Shown here: positions 16,387-24,388 of the stretch, piece after piece
How positions within the stretch are numbered: position 1 is the stretch's first letter
How the letters are laid out: every line of letters begins with the position of its first letter
DNA from: a virus
Length of the DNA stretch: 60,945 nucleotides
Reading direction: 5' to 3' (one strand)
IMG/VR virus record: IMGVR_UViG_3300045988_098825
Location: 1-60,945 of that record
The notes under the pieces: generated by a model
What the model was told of the DNA's origin: nothing
The model's database searches: none
What the model saw: the letters and a program-made list of their open reading frames with translations, nothing else
Position numbers and translations under genes: made by a program

Positions 16387-16666
16387 CTTTCTTACAAAAT
16401 TAAAAATTGCATCACGGTATCTGTTTGACAGAAATCATAGTTCGCTGGTAATGACCTGTGAAAATTGTGGCGACGCATTAATCAGACCAATATCAAAGGG
16501 AACAGCAAAACCGTGGATTGATAATGCGATATATGCTGATATGACATGGACACAGTTTGTACAATGCGAAAAGTGTGGTGCTGTATGCAGGGAAGTCCAA
16601 TTATGGAACTATGCAGGAGATTATACGAAATTAGGTGGTGCTTTATGGACAATGGATTTGAAATGA
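16373..16666 (+). CDS. zinc-ribbon protein
   Basis: CENCGD ... CEKCG; ATG 16373 overlaps the upstream gene's end. Confidence 0.5.
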   Translation: MRKNNFLTKLKIASRYLFDRNHSSLVMTCENCGDALIRPISKGTAKPWIDNAIYADMTWTQFVQCEKCGAVCREVQLWNYAGDYTKLGGALWTMDLK

Positions 16667-16920
16667 CTAGCTTTACAAGTGGAAATTCGGACAATACAAA
16701 AGAAGCAGTACACGGACTTGATATTTTTACTAAAAACTGGTGTATGAACTGTGAAGAAACTAAAAAACAAAACGATTTAGTGTTTAGATGCTCTGAATGC
16801 CAATTTAAGACAGAAGATGGTAAATGCTTAGTGAAAGTATTTGCTAATAGTCATAAGCATGATTATCCGTTAAAAGATTTTGGAAGCATGGAGGGAACAT
16901 TAAACATGGCAGAAGGGTAA
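16645..16920 (+). CDS. Cys-rich small protein
   Basis: AGGTGG RBS before ATG 16645; CMNCEE..CSECQ. Confidence 0.5.
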   Translation: MDNGFEMTSFTSGNSDNTKEAVHGLDIFTKNWCMNCEETKKQNDLVFRCSECQFKTEDGKCLVKVFANSHKHDYPLKDFGSMEGTLNMAEG

Positions 16921-16927
16921 ACTTGTT

Positions 16928-17095
16928 ATGTATCGGTTAGAAAGAAAAGATTTTTGCATTTTCAAAAATGAAATAGTGATTATACCTACAATTCGGATTT
17001 TTATAGATAACATGGTATACACGGATAAGAATTTTTCGATAGAATTTCATTTTTTGATAATTCATACAAGACTACTTTTTGCAAAACAAGGTTAG
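16928..17095 (+). CDS. doubtful 55-aa ORF
   Basis: MYRLERKDFCIFKNEIVIIPTIRIFIDNMVYTDKNFSIEFHFLIIHTRLLFAKQG; weak RBS; its stop abuts the first tRNA-like module. Confidence 0.25.
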   Translation: MYRLERKDFCIFKNEIVIIPTIRIFIDNMVYTDKNFSIEFHFLIIHTRLLFAKQG

Positions 17096-17140
17096 GTAAC
17101 GTACTCAAACGGTTATGTAGGTTCGACTCCTGCCGTTACC
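17095..17140 (+). ncRNA. 46-nt acceptor/T-arm minihelix (tRNA-like, no D or anticodon arm)
   Basis: GGTAACG - 15 nt - GTAGG TTCGACT CCTGC - CGTTACC; perfect 7-bp acceptor and T-loop consensus. Confidence 0.6.
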
Positions 17141-17398
17141 GTTGTCATGTTTTTAGCATTTTGGACAGGACGTACACACTATTTACCTTTTCTTCCGAGA
17201 TAGGTACACCAGTTAGGACTACTGTTAAGGGCGGTGAGAGACCGTCCGACTGGTATCGGTCGAGTGAAATCCCACAACACTTGACCACTTGGTGAAACCC
17301 CGAACCATAGCTTACGCAGATATGACCGTTACAGTCGGATTCCCCTTTACTTAATAATTCTTAGTGGCAATAGCTTAAATAGTTACTACGCAGGTGGT

Positions 17399-17540
17399 AG
17401 ATGTGTGGCGGAATGGGTAAACGCAAGTAAAGAAACTGATTGATAGCATGTTTGCCAAGTAATAAGCGGAGATTGTCCGTAATTAGCAACAAGCAGCTTT
17501 CAGAAATCAATTATGTGAGGTTCAAATCCTCACCACATCA
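17399..17540 (+). ncRNA. tRNA-Leu-like element with about 55 extra nt and no recognisable anticodon arm
   Basis: 5' GATGTG-TGGCGGAATGGGTAAACGCA (class-II D-arm look) and 3' GTGAGG TTCAAAT CCTCAC CACATC. The ends pair for 6 bp, and the interior does not fold as a tRNA by eye. Confidence 0.45.
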
Positions 17541-17686
17541 ATTCCTTATCTCCACTTAGTCGGGTGCTACTGCAATAGTTCCGGTCGATGGGAGACTTAT
17601 GGATGGTAGCGGTATCATTGGAAACAGCAAACCCTTCCGTGATTAGAAATTGCAGATTTGAAAGCGGTTGGCATGGTTTTGGCTGA

Positions 17687-17711
17687 CAGGGTTCGATTCC
17701 CTGTGCTGCTA
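17687..17711 (+). ncRNA. third T-arm plus acceptor 3' strand module
   Basis: CAGGG TTCGATT CCCTG TGCTGCT A. The only upstream partner is wobble-rich (GGTAGCG, 17605-17611). Confidence 0.4.
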
Positions 17712-18039
17712 TCGGTAATTCAAGTAATTGCCGTATCTGCTAAGAGATACCAAGAGTTTGCTTTGAGGTATCTTAAAAAAACTACACTTGCGGAGATAAG
17801 CGACACTGTGACAGCAATAGCCAGTGGGTAGCAAGTGGCACTTTGGAAGTTTGCGCTGGTGCATCAGCGTAGCAGTTTATGAGAAGTGCAGAGAATTGTT
17901 AATATCATTTCAGTTCGTCTTGTGTACAATTTTATGATCATGTAATGTTATTGCTGATTCTTTGTAAACCGTGAAAATGCGCAGTTTTGCGGCAAATGAA
18001 TCCCCTAGAGTGGTTTTGATGAACCTCTGACTAACACAA

Positions 18040-18086
18040 ACTTGCACTTAGTTAGGTATGGAGCAAGTAAAAAACTGGAACCTAAC
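18040..18086 (+). other. candidate H-type pseudoknot 4 nt upstream of tRNA-Ile
   Basis: S1: ACTTGC 18040-45 with GCAAGT 18063-68. S2: GTTAGGT 18051-57 with ACCTAAC 18080-86. Loop 3 is A-rich. Confidence 0.4.
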
Positions 18087-18090
18087 GCAG

Positions 18091-18164
18091 CAGAATGTAG
18101 CGCAGTCGGTTAGAGCACCTGTCTTATATACAGGCGGTCGCAGGTTCGATTCCTGCCATTCTGA
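18091..18164 (+). tRNA. tRNA-Ile (anticodon UAU)
   Basis: Cloverleaf by eye: CAGAATG/CATTCTG acceptor, GCGC..GAGC D-arm (one mismatch), CCTGT CTTATAT ACAGG anticodon arm, GCAGG TTCGATT CCTGC T-arm. No encoded CCA. Confidence 0.85.
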
Positions 18165-18177
18165 TTTTTTGAAAGTA

Positions 18178-18212
18178 CCGTAGGCGTTGTTTGGAGTCCG
18201 AACCGCCTACGG
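18178..18212 (+). other. perfect 9-bp hairpin after the tRNA
   Basis: CCGTAGGCG - 17 nt - CGCCTACGG, with no T-run after it. Confidence 0.6.
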
Positions 18213-18238
18213 AAACTGCACAGATAGGAGAGAGTGAC

Positions 18239-18715
18239 GTGAAAGATTGTTCAAAATGCAAATACTGTTATGAGGATTATATTTTTGACGAAGAAACAGG
18301 AAACGAACATCCAATTTATGATTGTGAAAAGGGAAATGATACAGATTTAGATTTTGAATGTAAGGATTTTAAGGAATACAAACCAAAGAAATATGTTGAA
18401 AAAGATACAGAGTGCGATACATGCGAATTTAAAGAAAGATGTGGAAAATTAAGTTCTGGATTGGATTGCACATGTACTGGCGATACAAAAACACATGTTG
18501 TTTATCCTAAAGATAAATGCATTAAAGCACACTATGACGTAACAGATTTTGATAATGCTTTGAAAAATAGGATGATTGACGCAGACGAATGGTTCAGACT
18601 TGCAAATGCGCCGACTGATGAAGAAATAGAATCACTTAAAAAAGCAAAGGAAATGGGTGTAGAAATCCCAGAAAATATTGCAAACTATTTTAGTGAATAT
18701 GGTATTGAGGTGTGA
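18239..18715 (+). CDS. Cys-rich hypothetical protein
   Basis: AGGAGAG RBS before GTG 18239; many CxxC pairs in the N-terminal half. Confidence 0.55.
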   Translation: MKDCSKCKYCYEDYIFDEETGNEHPIYDCEKGNDTDLDFECKDFKEYKPKKYVEKDTECDTCEFKERCGKLSSGLDCTCTGDTKTHVVYPKDKCIKAHYDVTDFDNALKNRMIDADEWFRLANAPTDEEIESLKKAKEMGVEIPENIANYFSEYGIEV

Positions 18716-18716
18716 T

Positions 18717-19112
18717 ATGTGTGAATTTTGCAGACAATGGAAAGACGAAAATACTATTTGCGGTAAAGATATAAAAATCAATCCATGCGCTAGTGCTACA
18801 GATTTATCAGATGCGCAGATTATCAAGAATGCCAATGATGAAAAGGCAGGGATTATTATTTTTAAACAATGCAAGGCAGACGGATATTTTGATATCAACT
18901 ATTGCCCGATGTGCGGTAGAAAGTTATGTGATGAAACTGAAACACCCATTGAACATTTTTTAAAATCAGAAATGGAAAGAAGCAAATTACGAATGAATAC
19001 TTATGCAGAATGCTTCGATGGGGTTCATGTTGATAATGATACTCGTAAAAAACTTTTGGAAAGTCATATAAGATTTTGTAAAAATGCGCTAAAACAGTGT
19101 ATGGATGTTTGA
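18717..19112 (+). CDS. zinc-ribbon hypothetical protein
   Basis: GAGGTG RBS; CEFC ... CPMCG. Confidence 0.55.
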   Translation: MCEFCRQWKDENTICGKDIKINPCASATDLSDAQIIKNANDEKAGIIIFKQCKADGYFDINYCPMCGRKLCDETETPIEHFLKSEMERSKLRMNTYAECFDGVHVDNDTRKKLLESHIRFCKNALKQCMDV

Positions 19113-19335
19113 AAGTTGGTGGAAGATGGTTAAAGAAGCATTGCTTGACAACTCAAGTGGAAAATTTATTACATTATCACTCGATGGCGAAATTGTAAAA
19201 GGAGTGGTAAGTATTAATAACATATCAGGTATCTACTCAAAAGACATGGCAAAGGAAATTACGATAAAGGTAATTGCGAGCGAAGTTAAAGTAAAACTCC
19301 CAAATGGAGAAATAAAGGATATATCAGAAATGTAG
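19105..19335 (+). CDS. hypothetical protein
   Basis: Co-oriented tiling ORF; start uncertain (alternative ATG 19126). Confidence 0.45.
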   Translation: MFESWWKMVKEALLDNSSGKFITLSLDGEIVKGVVSINNISGIYSKDMAKEITIKVIASEVKVKLPNGEIKDISEM

Positions 19336-19350
19336 AAAGCTGGTGTAGCG

Positions 19351-19536
19351 GTGAATCTTGCAGAAGCAAAGGAAAAGTATTATCCAACATACAAATATGC
19401 ACTTGTTAGTGTAAAAAGCAACAAACCGCATTCACTTTATGTTGATAGAAAAACAGCCGAAGAAGAAAGATGTGATTTATGGAACTGTTATGGTTCTGTG
19501 CTAATTGTTATTGATTTGTCGGAGGTGGAAGAATGA
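19351..19536 (+). CDS. hypothetical protein
   Basis: 61-aa ORF with GTG start; overlaps the next gene by 4 nt. Confidence 0.4.
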   Translation: MNLAEAKEKYYPTYKYALVSVKSNKPHSLYVDRKTAEEERCDLWNCYGSVLIVIDLSEVEE

Positions 19537-19868
19537 AGCAATTAGAAGAAATATTTTTTAGAGCTTGCGTGAATGAACAGAAAAGAAAATTGCGTTTGAG
19601 TGACCGTGAATTGAGCATAAGAACTATTGGGAATATTTTTGAAAGGCTTGGGTTCTCATATAAACAGTTAATGTATTATGTCAGAAAGTGGTGTGACAGG
19701 GGATTTTATGATTACGGAGTGACACTTGACTTGGGATGGTTTGAATTTGGCAAGCTGACTGGAGAATATAAACAGATTTATGATTCTATGAAAAGTACGG
19801 ACGGATGGAAAGATGGGGAGTTAGCAAATTATATTGTCAGAAATTCTTTTAATCGAGAGCGGATATAA
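19533..19868 (+). CDS. hypothetical protein
   Basis: GGAGGTGG RBS, ATGA overlap. Confidence 0.55.
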   Translation: MKQLEEIFFRACVNEQKRKLRLSDRELSIRTIGNIFERLGFSYKQLMYYVRKWCDRGFYDYGVTLDLGWFEFGKLTGEYKQIYDSMKSTDGWKDGELANYIVRNSFNRERI

Positions 19869-19885
19869 GAAAGAGGATTGAGAGA

Positions 19886-20059
19886 ATGAAACATCAAAAA
19901 GAATGGCACACTTGTGATAGGTGCGGGAAAGAAATTAAAAATAGAATACTGTGCGGAAATTCTGTTACAAAGAATGGTATTTTAAATGTTACATACGACT
20001 TGTGCCCTAAATGTATGGAAGATTTTGAGAGGTTTATGAGAAATGAAAAGAATACTTAA
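19886..20059 (+). CDS. small zinc-ribbon protein (57 aa)
   Basis: CDRCGK ... CPKC; GAGGATTGAGAG upstream. Confidence 0.4.
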   Translation: MKHQKEWHTCDRCGKEIKNRILCGNSVTKNGILNVTYDLCPKCMEDFERFMRNEKNT

Positions 20060-20435
20060 AATTATAGCAAAGACATTAATTGAATATGCCAGAATAATTG
20101 CTATTTGCTTTGTGGCTTGCGCAATAGGAGCAATTTTTTATATTTTTTTAGGCAAAATAGCATATGCGTGCTATTGGATAGCGGTTATTTTGCTTGTGAT
20201 TATCAGAGATATAACGATAAAGTCAAAAATGCAGGAAAGCAAAAAGATTAAATTATTACTTTTACAGTATGAGGACGGCAGCACAAGTTTGTGTGTAGGG
20301 GATAAGCAAATTAGGCATATGACAAATATTGATATGCATATTGATAAGCTTCAGACAAAACTGGAAGTAGACCAAGTAACAAAAACTGGGAAAGTAACAC
20401 ATGTTGTTTTAATGGACGGTGAAAAGGATGAATGA
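20043..20435 (+). CDS. membrane protein (two TM-like stretches)
   Basis: ..IAICFVACAIGAIFYIFLGKIAYACYWIAVILLVII.. Confidence 0.55.
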   Translation: MKRILKIIAKTLIEYARIIAICFVACAIGAIFYIFLGKIAYACYWIAVILLVIIRDITIKSKMQESKKIKLLLLQYEDGSTSLCVGDKQIRHMTNIDMHIDKLQTKLEVDQVTKTGKVTHVVLMDGEKDE

Positions 20436-20655
20436 AAAAATTAAGATAATATCCGATGGCAAAACCGCACAAGTGTTTATTGACGGCAAAAAAGTAAACT
20501 GCACGGACATGGAGTTGCATTTTATCGGTCATTCAAACCAAAGTCCAATGATTAAAGTTGATGCAAGATGGCATAAAACGGATGAAAACGGAAATGCAAT
20601 TCTGAATGAGGATAAGACTGCGGTATTGACAGAGGGTATAAAAATAAATTGTTGA
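20419..20655 (+). CDS. hypothetical protein
   Basis: Co-oriented tiling ORF; start may be ATG 20428. Confidence 0.5.
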   Translation: MKRMNEKIKIISDGKTAQVFIDGKKVNCTDMELHFIGHSNQSPMIKVDARWHKTDENGNAILNEDKTAVLTEGIKINC

Positions 20656-20667
20656 GGGGGCGAGATT

Positions 20668-20859
20668 ATGAAAATATCAGAAATGAACAATTGCATTGAA
20701 GAAATGCGAAAATGCTACAATTTTAAAGATGATGAAACAGAAATTAGACTTGTAAATGCGATAAGCCATGATGACAAATGTGTTTTTATTAGTACAAGAG
20801 ATAAAAATGGAACAAAAATTGACATGACAATGCGTGCAGATGAATTAAACAAGGAGTGA
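20668..20859 (+). CDS. hypothetical protein
   Basis: GAGGGGG RBS. Confidence 0.5.
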   Translation: MKISEMNNCIEEMRKCYNFKDDETEIRLVNAISHDDKCVFISTRDKNGTKIDMTMRADELNKE

Positions 20860-20863
20860 GATT

Positions 20864-21241
20864 ATGTTAATAGTTGCATTGCAAGATGATATAGACAACT
20901 TATATACCATATGGAACACAACCACAGACAGATTTTTAGGAGTTAATCTTGGAAAATATGAAGCTGTAGGAATTATTATGGATTACAAGAAAGACTACAC
21001 ATTTGAAAAGGCATTAGACAGAGTAGAACGCCCACAACCATTTTCTGATATTACTAAGCATATAATAAACGGATGCGAAGATGGAATTTATGTGAAATGT
21101 CCACATTGCAAGGAAATTAGAAAACTTACACCGGACGAGACGGAAAAAATATTAAAGACAGGCAAGCAAGTAATTTGTGATTGCTTATGTGGAAAAATAT
21201 ATACAGTTGAAATTGATAATGATGCGATATTTACGCATTAA
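20864..21241 (+). CDS. hypothetical protein with C-terminal zinc ribbon
   Basis: CPHCKE ... CDCLCG. Confidence 0.55.
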   Translation: MLIVALQDDIDNLYTIWNTTTDRFLGVNLGKYEAVGIIMDYKKDYTFEKALDRVERPQPFSDITKHIINGCEDGIYVKCPHCKEIRKLTPDETEKILKTGKQVICDCLCGKIYTVEIDNDAIFTH

Positions 21242-21303
21242 AACATATTCCCGGCTAACAAATGAAGTTAGTCGCTACCATAAAACAGTTATAGGTGTAT
21301 ATT

Positions 21304-22023
21304 ATGAGCAAAATTGATTTATATAATGGCGATTGCCTTGGACTTATGAAGAATATATCTGACAAGTCAGTTGATATGATTTTGTGCGATTTACCTTATG
21401 GTACAACACAAAATAAATGGGATAATATAATTCCATTTGAACCATTGTGGGAACAATACAATAGAATCATCAAAAAAAACGGAGCGGTTGTTTTATTTTC
21501 TCAAATGCCATTTACGGCTGAATTGATACATAGTAATATTAAAAACTTTAAGTATATGTGGATTTGGTATAAACATTATTGCAGAGGATTTTTAAATGCT
21601 AAAAAGCAACCCCTACGGACTACAGAAAATATATGCGTTTTTTACAAAAAGCAGTGTACATATAATCCTAAAATGCGCATTGGAGAATATCGAAGCAAGG
21701 GAAACAGTTGCAAGCAGAGAGGTTGCTATGGCAAGTATAAAGCCATAAAGACAGTAAATAATGAATATTATCCTACTGACATATTAGATTTTGTAGGCGT
21801 TCCTAATAGTGAGTTAGAACACCCGACACAAAAACCTGTCGCACTCTTGGAATATCTCATCAAGACATATACAAATGAAAATGATATAGTTCTTGATAAT
21901 TGTATGGGAAGTGGCAGTACAGGTGTCGCTTGCGTAAATACAAACAGAGATTTTATAGGTATTGAATTAGATAAAAACTATTTCAATATCGCAAAACAGA
22001 GAATTACTGGTAATCAAAAGTGA
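21304..22023 (+). CDS. DNA methyltransferase, beta-class N6A/N4C family (orphan)
   Basis: Motif IV DLPYG near the N-terminus and motif I DNCMGSGSTG near the C-terminus; no cognate nuclease nearby. Confidence 0.85.
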   Translation: MSKIDLYNGDCLGLMKNISDKSVDMILCDLPYGTTQNKWDNIIPFEPLWEQYNRIIKKNGAVVLFSQMPFTAELIHSNIKNFKYMWIWYKHYCRGFLNAKKQPLRTTENICVFYKKQCTYNPKMRIGEYRSKGNSCKQRGCYGKYKAIKTVNNEYYPTDILDFVGVPNSELEHPTQKPVALLEYLIKTYTNENDIVLDNCMGSGSTGVACVNTNRDFIGIELDKNYFNIAKQRITGNQK

Positions 22024-22080
22024 TTATCACTACCCTAGAAAAATTATAGGCAGAGGTCAAGGCACTTCTGCTATGCGGAG

Positions 22081-23820
22081 GTGTCTTTTTTGTCTTTAGA
22101 ATTACAGAATGCCGTAAAAAACTATGAAAATTACATACAGGTGCATGGGATTGATGAACAGGTCATAGATGCATATGTTGATGCTTCCACAGTTGCGATC
22201 AAGACAGAAAAAGACATTCCATACGGATTGCAGATAACAAAACGTGCAAAAGAGATTATAGAGCAATTCTGTGTAAAAAATTCAGGCGGCACGATTTGGG
22301 ATTTGGAAAAATATGCTTTTGCCAATAAGACAAAGTATGAACTTATCGACAAATTTTATGACGTAATACTGCTGGAAGCACAGAATAAAGTGGTAGACAG
22401 TTATTTTAGATATATTGAAAAAAACAGAGAACCAAAAGAACGGTTTTATATGCCAAGGCGCAAGCAATTAATAAAAATAGGGCTTATGGATGCATTACAG
22501 GGCATGATTGATGATAAGTATGATATTTTGTGCATCAGCTTAATACCAGGAGCAGGAAAAACCACGATTGAAAAATTTTTTAATTCTGCGGTTATTGGAT
22601 GGTTTCCTAAAGACTTTAACTTGTTTTATTCTCACAGCGGTGACATTACAAGAATGTATTATGACGGTGTTTATGACATTGTTACAAATACGGACGAGTA
22701 CACATGGGGAGAAATATTTCCAAATTTGAAAGTTACTGGAACAAACGCAAAAATGGAACAATTCAATGTTGGGAAATACAAACCTTTTCCAAGCGTACAG
22801 TGTACGTCAGTAGGAAGTAAGAATGCTGGTAAAGTAAGAGCTTCAAAGTTTTTACTTGTTGATGATATGATAGGCGGCATTGAAGAAGCTATGAACCATG
22901 CAATACTGGATAAGTTATGGGATAAATACGCTGTAGATGCACGTCAGAGAAAGATTCAAGATACAGACGGCAAGAACTGTAAGGAAATCCATATTGCTAC
23001 GAGGTGGAGCGTACATGACGTTATAGGACGTATTCAGAATATGTATGCTGGAAATAAAAGGGTGAAAGTCATTGCAGTTCCTGATATAGACCCAGTGACA
23101 GGAGAGAGCAATTTTGATTATGAGTTTAGCGGATTCACCAAGGAATTTTTTGCAGACCAGCAACTGCTAATGGATGAAATATCTTATAAGTGCCTATACA
23201 AGCAAGAGCCGATTGAACGTGAGGGATTGCTATTTCCAGAAGATAAAATTCGCAGATATTTCAATTTCCCACATGGTACGCCAGAGATTATTACTGCGCA
23301 ATGTGATACAAAAGGAAAAGGTACAGACTTTTTCGTTCTACCAGTATTGCAAAAGTATGGGGAAGATTATTATTGCATAGATTGCGTGTGCGACAATACA
23401 GCAGATTATGAGTTACAATATGAGAATGCCGCAAATGTTCTTGTAAATAATGAAGTACAAGAATGCGAATTTGAACGTAACGCAGGTGGAGACAGGGTGG
23501 CAATGGAAGTAAATAAGCGTGTGGAAGCTAAAGGATGGATATGCAATATCACTGACACACCGACAGAAACTAACAAGGAAGCACGAATTTTCCAATGCTC
23601 TAACTGGATTTTACAGCATGTGATTTTTAAGGATTCATCACTTTACAAACCAAATGAACCGTACGGGGTAATGATGTCATTATTAAAGCAATATTCGGTA
23701 TCTGGAAAGAAACAGTTGGATGATGTTCCAGACGTTTTCTCTAATTTTGCTTTAAGAATCACACAGGGAAACAGGGTAGCAAAAGTAGAAGCGGCACACA
23801 ATCCATTTAGGAGGTATTAA
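22081..23820 (+). CDS. terL: terminase large subunit
   Basis: Walker A LIPGAGKTT, Walker B FLLVDDM, C-terminal nuclease-sized domain, position upstream of the portal. Start may be TTG 22090. Confidence 0.85.
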   Translation: MSFLSLELQNAVKNYENYIQVHGIDEQVIDAYVDASTVAIKTEKDIPYGLQITKRAKEIIEQFCVKNSGGTIWDLEKYAFANKTKYELIDKFYDVILLEAQNKVVDSYFRYIEKNREPKERFYMPRRKQLIKIGLMDALQGMIDDKYDILCISLIPGAGKTTIEKFFNSAVIGWFPKDFNLFYSHSGDITRMYYDGVYDIVTNTDEYTWGEIFPNLKVTGTNAKMEQFNVGKYKPFPSVQCTSVGSKNAGKVRASKFLLVDDMIGGIEEAMNHAILDKLWDKYAVDARQRKIQDTDGKNCKEIHIATRWSVHDVIGRIQNMYAGNKRVKVIAVPDIDPVTGESNFDYEFSGFTKEFFADQQLLMDEISYKCLYKQEPIEREGLLFPEDKIRRYFNFPHGTPEIITAQCDTKGKGTDFFVLPVLQKYGEDYYCIDCVCDNTADYELQYENAANVLVNNEVQECEFERNAGGDRVAMEVNKRVEAKGWICNITDTPTETNKEARIFQCSNWILQHVIFKDSSLYKPNEPYGVMMSLLKQYSVSGKKQLDDVPDVFSNFALRITQGNRVAKVEAAHNPFRRY

Positions 23821-23822
23821 GG

Positions 23823-24251
23823 ATGCAGACAAGAGAATACCTGAATCAAATAAGCAGACTTAACAGGATGATTAATAACAAACTGGTGGAAATACAGCAG
23901 TTGCGAGAAATGGCTTGCAATGTTACAGCTATACAGAATGATGAACGTGTAAAAACTTCCCCTGATCCAGACAGAATGGGAGTTACATTTTCCAAAATAG
24001 ATGAAATGGAAAAAGAACTGGATAGAATGATAGACGGTTACGTTGAAAAGAAAAATGTAATCATAAGTCAAATTGACAGTATGGATGATGAAAATGTATA
24101 TAATATTCTGTTTGCCAGATATATTGAGAAAAAGACTTTTGAAGTAATAGCAACTGAAATGAATTACTCTTTTAGGAATATTACTAGGCTACATGGCATG
24201 GCATTAAAGGAATTTGAAAAAAAATATGGTGAACAGTATATTGGATTATGA
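23823..24251 (+). CDS. sigma-70 region-4-like / DUF1492-type phage regulator
   Basis: C-terminal ..YNILFARYIEKKTFEVIATEMNYSFRNITRLHGMALKEF.. HTH. Confidence 0.5.
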   Translation: MQTREYLNQISRLNRMINNKLVEIQQLREMACNVTAIQNDERVKTSPDPDRMGVTFSKIDEMEKELDRMIDGYVEKKNVIISQIDSMDDENVYNILFARYIEKKTFEVIATEMNYSFRNITRLHGMALKEFEKKYGEQYIGL

Positions 24252-24338
24252 TGTTGTCCTAGAATGTCCTATATACAGCGTGGTATCATTAAAATGGTTA
24301 AAGACCAAATCAACAAGCTTTCACACCTCTCTCAAAAG

Positions 24339-24365
24339 GCATCGTCTTTATGACGGTGCTTTTTT
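24339..24365 (+). terminator. intrinsic terminator
   Basis: GCATCGTC tttat GACGGTGC followed by TTTTTT. Confidence 0.7.
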
Positions 24366-24388
24366 AATGCATAAAAGGGGGATTTATT

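Larger units (their letters stand above)
17095..18090 (+). ncRNA. ORF-free hairpin-dense RNA locus: candidate large structured phage ncRNA, or processed RNA array, with tRNA-like modules
   Basis: No ORF of 60 aa or more in any frame. Three T-arm consensus modules, many helices of 6 bp or more, and a pseudoknot, with a canonical tRNA at the 3' end. The strand is inferred from the tRNA orientation. Confidence 0.45.

Noticed and set aside
17095-17711. Calling the three extra T-arm modules ordinary tRNA genes
   Set aside because: None has a 5-bp/7-nt anticodon arm or a standard length. Element lengths are 46, about 140 and about 107 nt, and the acceptor pairing of the third module needs three G-U wobbles.
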